A DNA stretch of 63,604 nt, filler included, from Choristocarpus tenellus KU-1152 (lineage: Eukaryota; Protista; Phaeophyceae): NCBI GenBank assembly GCA_964200185.2. It is 8 parts of 8 records of this genome, joined end to end, with 100 filler letters (N's around TTAATTAATTAA, not from the genome) between each part and the next. Parts side by side here need not be neighbours in the genome. Positions count along the whole stretch, not along the records: positions 47,380 to 63,604 come from CAXNAD020000855.1; 7 more parts are not named here. The stretch is one strand, 5' to 3'. This document shows, one piece after another, positions 63,421-63,604 of this stretch (position 1 is the stretch's first letter; each line of letters opens with the position of its first letter). The notes below the pieces were generated by a model. That model saw only the letters and a list, made by a program, of their open reading frames with translations. It was not told the origin of the DNA and did not search any database. The translations under genes and the position numbers were made by a program.

Positions 63421-63604
63421 GGGTTGCTGTTCGATTAGACTCTTCCAACTCTATCGGACAGTTACGTGGACAGTTACAGAGTAACGGAACAATCAATTAG
63501 TGGTTGAGTTATCAGAACCTTTTACTAGTGATTAGTTGAAGGAGAATCTTTCTCATATAAAAGGAAATATTTCTGATATTATGGGGACTTGCATGCCCCA
63601 CCTA

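Noticed and set aside
1-63604. Fanzor/TnpB, Cas or prokaryotic defence systems; rRNA and tRNA genes
   Set aside because: No RuvC, zinc-finger or RDxNAA motif set, operon structure or RNA-gene signature found by eye; a profile search could still reveal degraded copies.

Overview
Eukaryotic, intron-rich nuclear DNA, not prokaryotic. Gene style, short interstitial TTAGGG runs and the LINE motifs suggest a stramenopile, most likely a brown alga or close relative (inference). The window is eight assembly pieces joined by seven artificial 100-bp linkers (N44-TTAATTAATTAA-N44), so neighbourhood across linkers may not be real. Four genes are recognisable from hand-built, phase-consistent exon chains: SEC62 (5' part), a complete Beclin/ATG6, the central part of a BLTP2/Hobbit/FMP27 bridge-like lipid transfer protein, and ATG18/WIPI (3'-truncated). 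There are also two unidentified micro-exon genes and one intronless gene with an RVxF-like motif. Intergenic and intronic DNA holds decayed transposons (DIRS/Ngaro-like, Copia, RTE-like LINE; weaker CRE, hAT, Tc1/IS630, pogo and piggyBac signals). The most striking features are about 15 MITE copies from three related families sharing a GRNNCAAAGTATCT-type terminus (one a near-complete foldback hairpin), a ~200-bp tandem array whose substitutions look synonymous in one frame, and several apparent GC-AG introns. No CRISPR array, rRNA or tRNA was seen. All family assignments come from motif recognition by eye, not database searches.
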